Below are positions 20,394-29,900 of a DNA stretch of 64,000 bases, piece after piece. Below the pieces are notes generated by a model. It ran no database searches. It was given only the letters and a program-made list of their open reading frames with translations, and had not been told where the DNA came from. The stretch spans positions 2,446 through 66,445 of the forward strand of contig SICL01000005.1 in assembly GCA_009691445.1 (NCBI GenBank), in the 5' to 3' direction. Position 1 is the stretch's first letter. Every line of letters starts with the position of its first letter. The position numbers and the translations under genes are program-made. The stretch is from Candidatus Taenariivivens baikalensis (GTDB lineage Bacteria > Omnitrophota > Omnitrophia > Omnitrophales > Aquincolibacteriaceae).

Positions 20394-21638
20394 GTGAAAG
20401 CAGCCCAAACCGGTACGCACTCAGCGCTTAAAAGTTATTCCTTCTCTCTTTTCCTGATGGGATCGATTATTTTCGGCGCCGTAGCCGGACTTTTTCTTAA
20501 AGAACGCGCCGTGATTTTAAAACCGCTCGGCGATATTTTTCTTAACCTTCTATTCACTTCTGTCGTGCCGCTTGTTTTTTTCTCAATTGCTTCTTCGGTA
20601 GCTTCCATTTCCGATCTGGGAAAGCTGGGCCGGATTCTCGGCTGGATGCTTTTCTTTTTTACTCTGACCGGGCTCATTAGCTCTTCATTAATGCTTGCAG
20701 TCATTAAGGCATTTCCTCCCGCAGCCAGTCATCTCACGGGACTTGCTGTCCCCGCAGTTTCAGCAGGCCAGGACACAGGATCCAAAATTGTAAGCGCGCT
20801 CACGACTGCGGACTTTGTGGAACTCCTCAGCAAGAAAAATATGCTGGCCCTGATTATCTTTGCGCTTCTCACGGGTCTCGCTTCTTCTCTAACGGGATCT
20901 CGCGGCCGCGCCTTTTCGGAATTTCTCGCCTCGGCCAGTGAGGTGATGACGAAGTTGATCTCTTTGATTATGCTTTATGCTCCGATTGGCCTTGCCGCGT
21001 ATTTTGCGTATCTTTCCGGAGTTTTCGGTCCTCAGCTGATGGGATCTTATCTGCATGCCATCCTGATTTATTATCCGGTCGCGATCCTCTATTTTTTCGC
21101 GAGCAACAGTGCGTATTCTTTTTTCGCGGGAGGGGCGATCGGGATGAAAAAATTCTGGTCGAATATTTCATTGCCCACACTTACCGCGCTTGGAACGGGA
21201 AGCAGTCTTGCGACCATTCCCTCAAACATCAAAGCCGCAGATGAGATCGGTATCCCGCATGAGATCAGCCGTGTGGTGATTCCTATTGGTGCCACGATTC
21301 ATATGGACGGTACCTGCATCTCCGCGATTTTAAAAATCTCCGTGCTTTTCAGTTTGTACGGCATGCATTTCTCGGGGATTGGAACTTATGTTACTGCACT
21401 GGGCGTTGCTCTCCTGAGTGGGATGGTCATGACCGGGATTCCGGGCGGGGGATTTCTGGGAGAACTTTTGATCGTGACGCTTTACGGGTTTCCTCCCGAG
21501 GCGCTTCCAATTATCTCGATGATCGGGACTTTAGTGGATCCGCCGGCAACGATGGTCAATGCGGTGGGAAGCAATGTGGTGAGTATGATGGTGGCGCGGA
21601 TGAGCTCCGGACCGAAGTGGATGGAGAACTCAAAATAG
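20394..21638 (+). CDS. Dicarboxylate/amino-acid:cation symporter (DAACS, GltP family).
   Basis: About 10 TM segments and re-entrant loop motifs (GTGSSLATIPSNIKAA, IPIGATIHMDGTCI) typical of the GltP/GltT family. The start may be an internal Met. Confidence 0.75.
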   Translation: MKAAQTGTHSALKSYSFSLFLMGSIIFGAVAGLFLKERAVILKPLGDIFLNLLFTSVVPLVFFSIASSVASISDLGKLGRILGWMLFFFTLTGLISSSLMLAVIKAFPPAASHLTGLAVPAVSAGQDTGSKIVSALTTADFVELLSKKNMLALIIFALLTGLASSLTGSRGRAFSEFLASASEVMTKLISLIMLYAPIGLAAYFAYLSGVFGPQLMGSYLHAILIYYPVAILYFFASNSAYSFFAGGAIGMKKFWSNISLPTLTALGTGSSLATIPSNIKAADEIGIPHEISRVVIPIGATIHMDGTCISAILKISVLFSLYGMHFSGIGTYVTALGVALLSGMVMTGIPGGGFLGELLIVTLYGFPPEALPIISMIGTLVDPPATMVNAVGSNVVSMMVARMSSGPKWMENSK

Positions 21639-21679
21639 CATCAAAGCTTTCAGGCCTTTCTGTCGAAAACTGATTAACC

Positions 21680-22957
21680 ATGAAAAAAATCGCAGTCGTG
21701 AATGGTATCCGCACCCCTTTTATCAAGGCGTGGACACTTTTTGAAAAAATGCCCGCCCAAAAGCTGGGTGCTCTTTGTGTGACGGAGCTCCTTCAGCGTA
21801 CCGAGATTGATCCCAAAAAAATTGATGAAGTCATCATCGGATGCGTGGGCCAGCCCATTGACGCGGCCAATGTTGCGCGCGTGATCAGTCTTTATGCCGG
21901 AATTCCCAAGGATAAGCGGGCCTACACCGTGAATCGTAATTGCGCCTCCGGCTTTGAGTCCGTAACTAGTGCCATTGAAAAAATCAGCATTGGCCAGGAT
22001 GAAATCGTGATCGCGGGCGGTGCTGAGTCCATGTCGAATGCGCCGCTGGTTTATAATGCGCAAGCCACGGCCTTATTTCTCAAACTTCAGCGCGCCAAAA
22101 CTTTGGGCCAGCGCCTCCAGATCATGCTTCAATTTCGCCCCAAGCATTTTGCCCCGGTGTCTGCTCTTCAGTGTGCTCTGACCGATCCAGTTTGCGGTCT
22201 GAATATGGGACAGACCGCGGAAGTGATTGCCAAAAAATTTGCCATTCCCCGCGAAAAGCAAGATGCCTTTGCGTTGGAAAGCCACAAACGCGTGGCGGCG
22301 GCGCGTGAGCGTTTGCGCGAAGAAATGATGACGGTTTTTATTCCTCCCGATTACGAAAAATTTGTTCAGGATGACAATGGCGTTCGTGAAGGCCAGAGTA
22401 TGGAAATGCTGGCTAAACTTAAACCGGCTTTTGATCGGTTCAGCGGATCTGTGACCGCTGGAAATTCCTCCCAGCTTACAGACGGGGCCTGTGCGCTTCT
22501 ATTAATGGAGGAGGGTAAGGCTAAGTCTCTCGGTTATGAAATTCTTGGAACCATCCGTGCGTACGATTATGTGGGTCTTGAACCCAGCGAAATGGGGCTT
22601 GGTCCCGCGTATGCGATCGAAAGTGTTCTGAGGAAATCCGGGCTGGGGCTCAAGGATATCCAGCTTTTTGAAATGAATGAAGCTTTTGCGGTTCAAGTGC
22701 TTGCGTGCGTAGAAGCGCTCGGCTCTAAAAAATTTGCGGAACAAAATTTTCCGTCGCGCCAGATTGTGGGCGAGATTGATCCTGCGCTTTTGAATGTGAA
22801 CGGTGGCGGCATTGCGCTTGGGCATCCCGTAGGTGTGAGCGGTTCGCGGCTGATCCTGACTTGTCTGAAAGAAATGAAACGGCGCAATCTGCACCGCGGT
22901 CTTGTCTCGCTTTGCATCGGCGGCGGGCAGGGCGGAGCGGTAATCCTAGAAAGGTGA
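21680..22957 (+). CDS. fadI: Acetyl-CoA C-acyltransferase (3-ketoacyl-CoA thiolase, FadI/FadA-like).
   Basis: Active-site Cys region VNRNCASGFESV and C-terminal CIGGGQGGAVILER thiolase signature. Confidence 0.85.
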   Translation: MKKIAVVNGIRTPFIKAWTLFEKMPAQKLGALCVTELLQRTEIDPKKIDEVIIGCVGQPIDAANVARVISLYAGIPKDKRAYTVNRNCASGFESVTSAIEKISIGQDEIVIAGGAESMSNAPLVYNAQATALFLKLQRAKTLGQRLQIMLQFRPKHFAPVSALQCALTDPVCGLNMGQTAEVIAKKFAIPREKQDAFALESHKRVAAARERLREEMMTVFIPPDYEKFVQDDNGVREGQSMEMLAKLKPAFDRFSGSVTAGNSSQLTDGACALLLMEEGKAKSLGYEILGTIRAYDYVGLEPSEMGLGPAYAIESVLRKSGLGLKDIQLFEMNEAFAVQVLACVEALGSKKFAEQNFPSRQIVGEIDPALLNVNGGGIALGHPVGVSGSRLILTCLKEMKRRNLHRGLVSLCIGGGQGGAVILER

Positions 22958-23099
22958 CATCGAAGATGTCATCCCCGAATGATTCAGTTGGTGATCTAAA
23001 AAACAGCCTGGATTCCCGATATCCGTCGAAGGACGCATCCGCGGTGCTCTCTGGCGAAAAAGATTTCGGGAATGACAAATTGTAGTAAGAAGTTTAAAT

Positions 23100-25220
23100 A
23101 TGGAAACCCTGATGAGCACAGCCTGGCAATTAAAAATTGAAGACGGAATCGGGCAGCTGGTTTTTGACCATCCCGGTAGTGAAGTCAATATCCTCACCTC
23201 CGAGAATCTGCGAACGCTCAAAGAAGCCCTCGTTGAAATCCACAAACGAAATGATCTGAAAGCCCTGCTTTTCACCAGCGCCAAGAACCGGATCTTCATC
23301 GCCGGCGCGGACATCAACGAAATCAATAAAATTTCCACGAAGGACGAAGCCTTCCGCGCAGCCGAAGCGGGAAAAGAAGTTTTTCAGTTGATTGAAGACC
23401 TGAAAATCCCGACCGTAGCTGTGATTAACGGGGCCTGTCTTGGCGGAGGCTACGAGCTGGCTCTTTCCTGCCGCTACCGCGTGGCTGCATTTTCCGACAA
23501 GGTGAAGATCGGGCTTCCGGAAGTGAACCTTGGAATTCTTCCCGGATTTGGAGGAAGCATCCGCTTGCCGCGCTTGGTGGGACTTCTTAAAGCGCTTCCT
23601 TTGATTCTTGCCGGGCAAGTCGTTTCAGCAGAGTCTGCACTAAAAAATGGAATGGTTGACCGTTTATTTTTTGAGAAGACGCTTGTCACGGACGCAATCC
23701 GATTTATCCAGGGAATTCTATCGCGCGGGCCGGAAAAGAAACGTAAGAAAGATTTGATGACGAAGATTCTGGAAGACACTCCGTTGGGCCGTAATTTTGT
23801 GTTCACGCAGGCGCGTAAGGATGTTCTAAAAAAAACCAAGGGCGTTTATCCCGCACCACTTGAGATTATTGAACTGATCCGCAAAACTTACGGGATGAAA
23901 TCCAAAGAAGCCTTCCGGCTTGAGAGTGAACATTTTTCGCATCTGGGAACCACGGAAATTTCCAAGAATCTGATCCGGCTTTTCTTTTTAAGCGAGAAGT
24001 ACAAGAAACTGCGCTGGACGGAGGCGGACATTGCCTCCGATAGTGTGGAAAAATGCGGCGTGATCGGGGCGGGCGTGATGGGCGGAGGGATTGCCCAGCT
24101 TGTGAGTAATCGCAGCATTCCGGTTCGTGTCAAAGATCTCAACGAAAAGGCGATTTCTGGTGCGCTCAAAGAAGCGAGTAAGATCTACAAAGATGCTTTG
24201 AAACGCCGGAAAATCAAAAAACATGAAATGGAATTAAAGATGGGCCTTATTTCTGCGGGGCTGACGAGTGCGGGTCTCAAGCGCTGCAATATCATCATCG
24301 AAGCGGTGGTTGAAGATCTTGGCATCAAACAGAAAGTTTTCCGCGAACTCAGTGAGGCTGCCTCTCAAGACGTCATTCTCGCGTCCAACACGTCGTCGCT
24401 TTCCGTGACTAAAATGGCGGAAGTCTGTAAGTTTCCGGAACGTGTGGTGGGTCTCCATTTTTTTAATCCTGTAAACCGGATGCCTCTTGTGGAAGTGATT
24501 CGTGCGGCCAAGACTTCGGACGAAATCGTGGAACGTACCGTTCAATTTTCCCGTCGATTAGGGAAAACCGTGATCGTGACGGCGGATAAAGCAGGATTTT
24601 TAGTGAATCGTCTTTTGCTTCCTTATCTAAATGAAGCCGCTTATTTGATGCAGGAGGGAATGTCTCCGGAGCGGCTCGATGCGATTGCGGAAAAGTTTGG
24701 GATGCCGATGGGTCCGATTGAGCTTGTGGATCAGGTCGGAATTGATGTCGGCTATAAAGTGGCGCATGTGCTTGAAGATGCGTTCGGAGCGCGGATGAAA
24801 GTGGCGAAAATTCTGGAAGACGTGAAACAAAAGGGACTTCTCGGAAAAAAATCAGGCAAAGGATTTTATCTTTACCAAGGGAAAAAGAAAACGTTGAATC
24901 CTGAGATCAAAACTGTCGGAGGTTCGCGGGTTTCCGACGAAGATGCCCTGAAGCGGATGATCTACATTATGATCAATGAAGCCGCGCGCTGCCTCGAAGA
25001 AAAGGTGATCGATAGTGCCGCAACCGTGGATATCGGGATGGTGATGGGAACTGGGTTTCCTCCTTTCCGCGCGGGATTGCTTGCTTATGCGGATTGTGTT
25101 GGCTCGGGGAATATCCTTCGCGACCTTGAACGTTTCGCAAAAGAAGTCAATGCTGATCGTTTTGAACCCAGCGCCTACCTTCGGATTCTCGCACAAAAAA
25201 ATGGAAAGTTTTATTCCTAA
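23100..25220 (+). CDS. fadJ: Fatty-acid oxidation complex alpha subunit (enoyl-CoA hydratase / 3-hydroxyacyl-CoA dehydrogenase, FadJ/FadB-like).
   Basis: N-terminal crotonase fold (FIAGADINE, GACLGGGYELALSC). Central NAD-binding GVIGAGVMGGGIA. 3HCDH C-terminal domain. Follows the thiolase directly. Confidence 0.9.
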   Translation: METLMSTAWQLKIEDGIGQLVFDHPGSEVNILTSENLRTLKEALVEIHKRNDLKALLFTSAKNRIFIAGADINEINKISTKDEAFRAAEAGKEVFQLIEDLKIPTVAVINGACLGGGYELALSCRYRVAAFSDKVKIGLPEVNLGILPGFGGSIRLPRLVGLLKALPLILAGQVVSAESALKNGMVDRLFFEKTLVTDAIRFIQGILSRGPEKKRKKDLMTKILEDTPLGRNFVFTQARKDVLKKTKGVYPAPLEIIELIRKTYGMKSKEAFRLESEHFSHLGTTEISKNLIRLFFLSEKYKKLRWTEADIASDSVEKCGVIGAGVMGGGIAQLVSNRSIPVRVKDLNEKAISGALKEASKIYKDALKRRKIKKHEMELKMGLISAGLTSAGLKRCNIIIEAVVEDLGIKQKVFRELSEAASQDVILASNTSSLSVTKMAEVCKFPERVVGLHFFNPVNRMPLVEVIRAAKTSDEIVERTVQFSRRLGKTVIVTADKAGFLVNRLLLPYLNEAAYLMQEGMSPERLDAIAEKFGMPMGPIELVDQVGIDVGYKVAHVLEDAFGARMKVAKILEDVKQKGLLGKKSGKGFYLYQGKKKTLNPEIKTVGGSRVSDEDALKRMIYIMINEAARCLEEKVIDSAATVDIGMVMGTGFPPFRAGLLAYADCVGSGNILRDLERFAKEVNADRFEPSAYLRILAQKNGKFYS

Positions 25221-25241
25221 CTTTTGGTATTTTGTAAGATC

Positions 25242-25374
25242 AGGGACGGTTCTTAATAACTTGTTTAAGGCCAATAAGTTATGAAAGGCTCGTCCCTTTT
25301 TGGTTTAAAAATCAAAAAAGGGACGGTTCTGTCCTATCCTCATATGAATCATAGAGTTACTGAGAACCGTCCCT
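25242..25374. repeat. Family-3 hairpin repeat (AGGGACGGTTCT...AGAACCGTCCCT), compound copy.
   Basis: Nested inverted repeats of GGGACGG(TTC) between the fadJ stop and the 25381 start. Confidence 0.75.
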
Positions 25375-25380
25375 GATTTT

Positions 25381-26193
25381 ATGCTGACACTGGATCAACT
25401 GCTGCAAAAACTCTGGATGGACTACTCGTCGATGAATCAGCAGGCCGGAGCTATTCACCGCGCGCTTGAAAAACGCGGAGAGAAAGTGGTCAATGATCAT
25501 TTGGCCTTCCGAACCCTGAACCTTTCCAAGGTTGGAATCGACGTTTTGGCGGAGCCCTTTTTAAAATTCGGCTACAAGGACGCCAGTGGTAAAGGATATT
25601 TCTTCAAAGAGAAAAAACTCTTCGCTCGCCACTACGAACATTCTGATTCAAATCAACCCAAAGTCTTTATCAGCGAACTTCTCGTGGAGGAATTTTCTCC
25701 AACTCTTCAAAAAACCGTGAAAGATATGATCGACCAGGTTCCAGACAAGCTGACGCAAACCGAAGACTTCCTGATTTCAGGATTCGCGTGGAAGCCCGTG
25801 AGCTGGCAGGTCTACCAGGATCTTCTCAAAGAGAGCGAATACGCGGCTTGGGTGGCAGCCTTCGGATTTCGTGTCAATCATTTTACGGTGTCTTACAATG
25901 CGCTCACCAGTTTCAAGGATTTTCCTGATCTCAACGGGTTCGTTAAAGGTGCTGGATTTTCTTTGAATGCAGCCGGAGGGGAGATCAAAGGATCTAAAGA
26001 TGTTTATCTCGAGCAGTCGTCCACGCTCGCGCATCCGGTGGAGGTTCAGTTCTCAGACCGTAAGGCTGTCATTCCGGCCTGCTATTATGAATTTGCGCGT
26101 CGGTATCCGATGCCGAACGGAAAATTATTTCAGGCATTCCTTCCCGACTCCGCAGACAAAATTTTCGAGAGCACGAATTTTCGTACAATATAG
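25381..26193 (+). CDS. DUF1338-family protein (HglS/YdcJ-like putative 2-oxoadipate dioxygenase/decarboxylase).
   Basis: VNDHLAFRTLN and a C-terminal ACYYEFARR block resemble the DUF1338 metal-binding motifs. The assignment is tentative. Confidence 0.45.
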   Translation: MLTLDQLLQKLWMDYSSMNQQAGAIHRALEKRGEKVVNDHLAFRTLNLSKVGIDVLAEPFLKFGYKDASGKGYFFKEKKLFARHYEHSDSNQPKVFISELLVEEFSPTLQKTVKDMIDQVPDKLTQTEDFLISGFAWKPVSWQVYQDLLKESEYAAWVAAFGFRVNHFTVSYNALTSFKDFPDLNGFVKGAGFSLNAAGGEIKGSKDVYLEQSSTLAHPVEVQFSDRKAVIPACYYEFARRYPMPNGKLFQAFLPDSADKIFESTNFRTI

Positions 26194-26289
26194 GGACAGC
26201 GCTCATCGACTCATGCGTATTTGTCAAATTTTGTTAAAAGTAATCAACGAATATGATTCAATACGACGGCTTCAATGAGACCTGTCCCT
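26192..26289. repeat. Family-3 hairpin variant (GGGACAG-CGCTCAT ... ATGAGAC-CTGTCCC).
   Basis: Imperfect inverted repeat. The right arm contains the ATG of the CYTH gene. Confidence 0.55.
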
Positions 26290-26799
26290 GGCTCCTACGA
26301 AATCGAACAAAAATACCGGATCAAAAATCCAAAAGTAATTCGTGCGGCCCTCAAAAAACTGGGAGCCCGGAAAATCGCTTCCGGATTTGAGAGTAATGAG
26401 CTTCTCGACCGGAAAGGGGAGCTGCGGAGAAAAAAATCTGTGCTCCGTCTTCGCCAGTACGGAAAGTCCACGATTCTGACGTTTAAAGGCCCGCGCCTGA
26501 AGGTGAAAGGATCCTACAAGAAGCGCGTCGAGATTGAAACGGACGTGGAAGGTGTGAGCGCCAAGGGGATTCTTGAAGCGCTGGGCTACAAAACTTTTTT
26601 CCATTATTCCAAAACCCGTGAGCAATATAGCTACTCTTCGTGCTCCATCGTTCTCGATCATCTTTCCAAACTGGGATGGTTCCTTGAGATCGAAGGTTCT
26701 CCGTCTAGAATTGGCCGTATTGCCAAGCAACTTAAGTTTCAAAAATCAGACGAAGAGCCTCTCTCCTATCCGCAATTGTTGAGTGTCGAGATTAATTAG
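26275..26799 (+). CDS. CYTH-domain protein (CyaB-type class IV adenylate cyclase or triphosphate-tunnel metalloenzyme).
   Basis: N-terminal YEIEQKYRI is the CYTH ExExK signature. About 170 aa with alternating K/E strands (LRLRQYG...LTFKGP...KRVEIET). The first 5 codons (MRPVP) are encoded by a repeat arm. Confidence 0.65.
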   Translation: MRPVPGSYEIEQKYRIKNPKVIRAALKKLGARKIASGFESNELLDRKGELRRKKSVLRLRQYGKSTILTFKGPRLKVKGSYKKRVEIETDVEGVSAKGILEALGYKTFFHYSKTREQYSYSSCSIVLDHLSKLGWFLEIEGSPSRIGRIAKQLKFQKSDEEPLSYPQLLSVEIN

Positions 26800-26981
26800 A
26801 TTCTCCCCATTTTTTTTCTTCAGCCTCTTAGGTCCGCATTTCGTAGGTAGAAAGAAACAAATTTGTAGATATTTTTTATAATAACGATTAATTAATATTA
26901 AAATAGTCATATTATCGCCAAAACGGGCGAAAAATAAAAAAAAACAGGTTGGCATGTTAATTGTAGTAATAGGTTTATCTT

Positions 26982-29900
26982 ATGAGAAACCGAAGGGTAG
27001 AATTACTGACGCATTTTGGGAGCATTGGTTCAAGCCTAAAACAGGGTGCTTTTTCATGTCCGGATAATAAACGCATTAAAAAAGAATTTAAAACCAGTAC
27101 CCGCTTATCTTTTCCAAAGTTTTCTCTCCATCGGTTGACCTATGATATCTCCAAGCCCCGTCCCTCACTAAAATTCCTGTCCTTCGTCCTGCTTTTGACA
27201 TTCTCCATTCAGGCCTTCGGCTGGGCGGAGACCGGACAAGTCTTCCCGGGATCGATTCGAATGCATCCGGTGGAAAATATTTTTCCGGAAGTGACGCAAG
27301 CGCCGAGCTCTTTTTTTATCCCGCCGTCCTTCGGAGAAATAAAAAAATCATTCACAGGATCCCGGGAAGAAAAAATTATCCTGATCCAGGACGCTCATGT
27401 TCATGAAGAGGCGCAGAGGAATATCGCACAAATGCTAAATTTTCTTTCCCGGGAGAAGAGGCTTCACCAGATTTATGTTGAAGGGGCTGAAGGTGTGATC
27501 GATATGACGCCTTATTCCTTTTTCCCTGATCTGAAGATCCGCCAGGAAACGGCGGATTATTTCCTCACAAAAGGAAGGCTCACTGGGGCGGAATACGCCG
27601 CCATCGTTACCACACCGGTATTATCCCTTTATGGTATTGAAAACCGCCAGGTCTATGAAAATCACCGGAAGGTTTATTTGGAAGGAATTGAAATCCAGAA
27701 AAAAAATCAGGCAATTCTGGAACCGCTTGGGAAGGCCCTTAAAGAAATGGCCCGTTTTGCCATGTCGCCGGAAGTCATGGAGTTTTACCGCAAGACAGGG
27801 TTTTTAGAACCCCAAGAAAAGGACTGGAATCTTTACTTTGACGAATTGCTTCGACAAGCTGGATTTCTGGGAATTGCTATTGATTCGGATTCGCAGATGA
27901 AAACCATGGAACGCCTTTCGGCACTTGGAAAAGAGATTGATTTGAAAAATCCGGATGCGGATCTTAAAAAGTTTCCTGAAACTGAAAAAACCCGGCAAGG
28001 CAGGCTTCAATACCAGGAATATCTCCGGCTTTCCAAGAAAATTTCCGGGGATTTTTTTACGGAAGCCTACGGACTTGAAAAAAAAATTAAGAGGATGCTT
28101 TTAAAGACTCCGGAGGAAAAACGGCTGAATGATTTTTTGGAAGTGGTGGAAATTTACAGAAAATTTTTTGATTTTTCCCTAACGACTCAGGAAGTGGAAT
28201 GGTTTTATTCCCGTCGTTTGAAATGGGACATGAAAGCCCTGCGTGATTTCTTGACGCCTCTGCTGAAGCGTTATCACTTCACCTACGAACTTCCTTTGTC
28301 TCTGGAGTCCATGGATCAGGATCTGTTGCGGATAGAAAAATTCTACCTTTTAGCTTTGGACCGTGATCGTATTCTGATTCAAAATGCTATTGGACACATG
28401 AAGACGACGGGCCTTAAACAAAGTGCGGTTATCACCGGTGGTTTTCATACGCCCGGGATTGAAAAATTTCTCCGGGAACAGGGCTATTCTTATGTTGTGG
28501 TGAGTCCCCGCATGACTTCCATCCCAGATGTTAAAAAGCAAGAAGCTCTCTACCGGCAAGCCGTTCTAGGACGTCCTTTGCTTGTAGAGAAAATTCTTGT
28601 TTCCCTGGATCTGTCGCGCCAAGCGCCGATGAAGGATTTGCAGTATCAAATGACGCCATGGCTGATGACACCCAATCCAAAATTTTCTTATCCATTTATC
28701 TGGCTTGAGACGGTAAGAGGTATTTTTAAATCAGGAAATCCAGACGTATTGTTTCATCGCCTTAAGATTGCGGCGGACAAGCTTCCTCCTGGTTCCAGAA
28801 AAGAGGCAGATGCGGTTTATCATGAGTTAGAAGGGGGCGTTCTTCAATCTTCAGAATCCGGAATGCAATATTATTGGAGAAAGATGTCGCAAGGAATTTT
28901 TTTGCGGCTTACAGCGGGCAGTAACAAAAAAATACCGAACCGCTCAAGAGGGGGGAAAAGCGGCAAAGAAATTTTCCCCCTGATTGATTTTGGTCATGAC
29001 TGGTTGGAAGGCGATCAAGTTGATTCCGATCTGGTCTCTAATGAAGTTGTGAGGATTCTATCCTCCGATTTGCCGTCACGAATCCCGTTGTTGATGGGAC
29101 GAAGCAGTGATTCATTCCAAAAACGTTCCGAAGTGCGAAGTCCATCCGTGACTTCAGCTCTCAAGCGCGGTACGAGGACGACCGCCGATTTAAATCTCCA
29201 GTTAGACGATTTGTGGAAGCCCATGGATGCTGAATTAGAAAAAGCGACTGGTGTTTCCTTAGACCGGCGTGCTTCGGGGGAGACTTTGTCGGGAGCTGCG
29301 GTCGGTGAAGATTATCTGGATAAAGCCTATGTCGTTGCTTTTTTGTGGGGACTAGGCTGGACGACACTTTCGCTGTTCCACATTTTTCCAGTCACCTTTA
29401 TTTCAGGGGTCCTGTTTTTTTGGGCCTTTACACTTGGAAACTTTCTTTTTAAGATTTTTGCCCATGAATGGGTGCATGCTTTTTTTGCCCGAGTATTTGG
29501 CGCTAAAGAAGCCTTAACGATTAAAAATTTAACCGGAAATCTCGGATGGGATTTTCTAGGGGGAATGGTCCTGTTTCCCTTGCTTCGGTATCCCCGGGTT
29601 AATGTGCCGTCGATTCAAGGGACTCTGCGCGAAACCTTTGCACTGAAAGTGGCCTTTCCGGTCCATCTGATGGCAGTTGCAGCGCTCTACTTACACCGCG
29701 GAGAAGTTTTGGATTGGCTTACTCCCTTAGTCAGCGGCATTACTTCGGATCCTTTCCTTCTTTCCTGGCTCCTTTTTAGTTTTATCGGAGGCGGGATCTT
29801 ATCGGTCGCCGAAGGGTTTTACTCTGATTATTTAAACAAAAAACGAGAATCGGGCGAGCTTGCCTGCGGAGTCTCCTCGGTGATCACGATTCTTCGTCCG

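Noticed and set aside
21640-21680. Possible hairpin terminator after the GltP-family symporter gene (AAAGCTTTCAGGCCTTTCTG).
   Set aside because: Only the central AGGCCT is palindromic and the flanks do not pair. No T-run.
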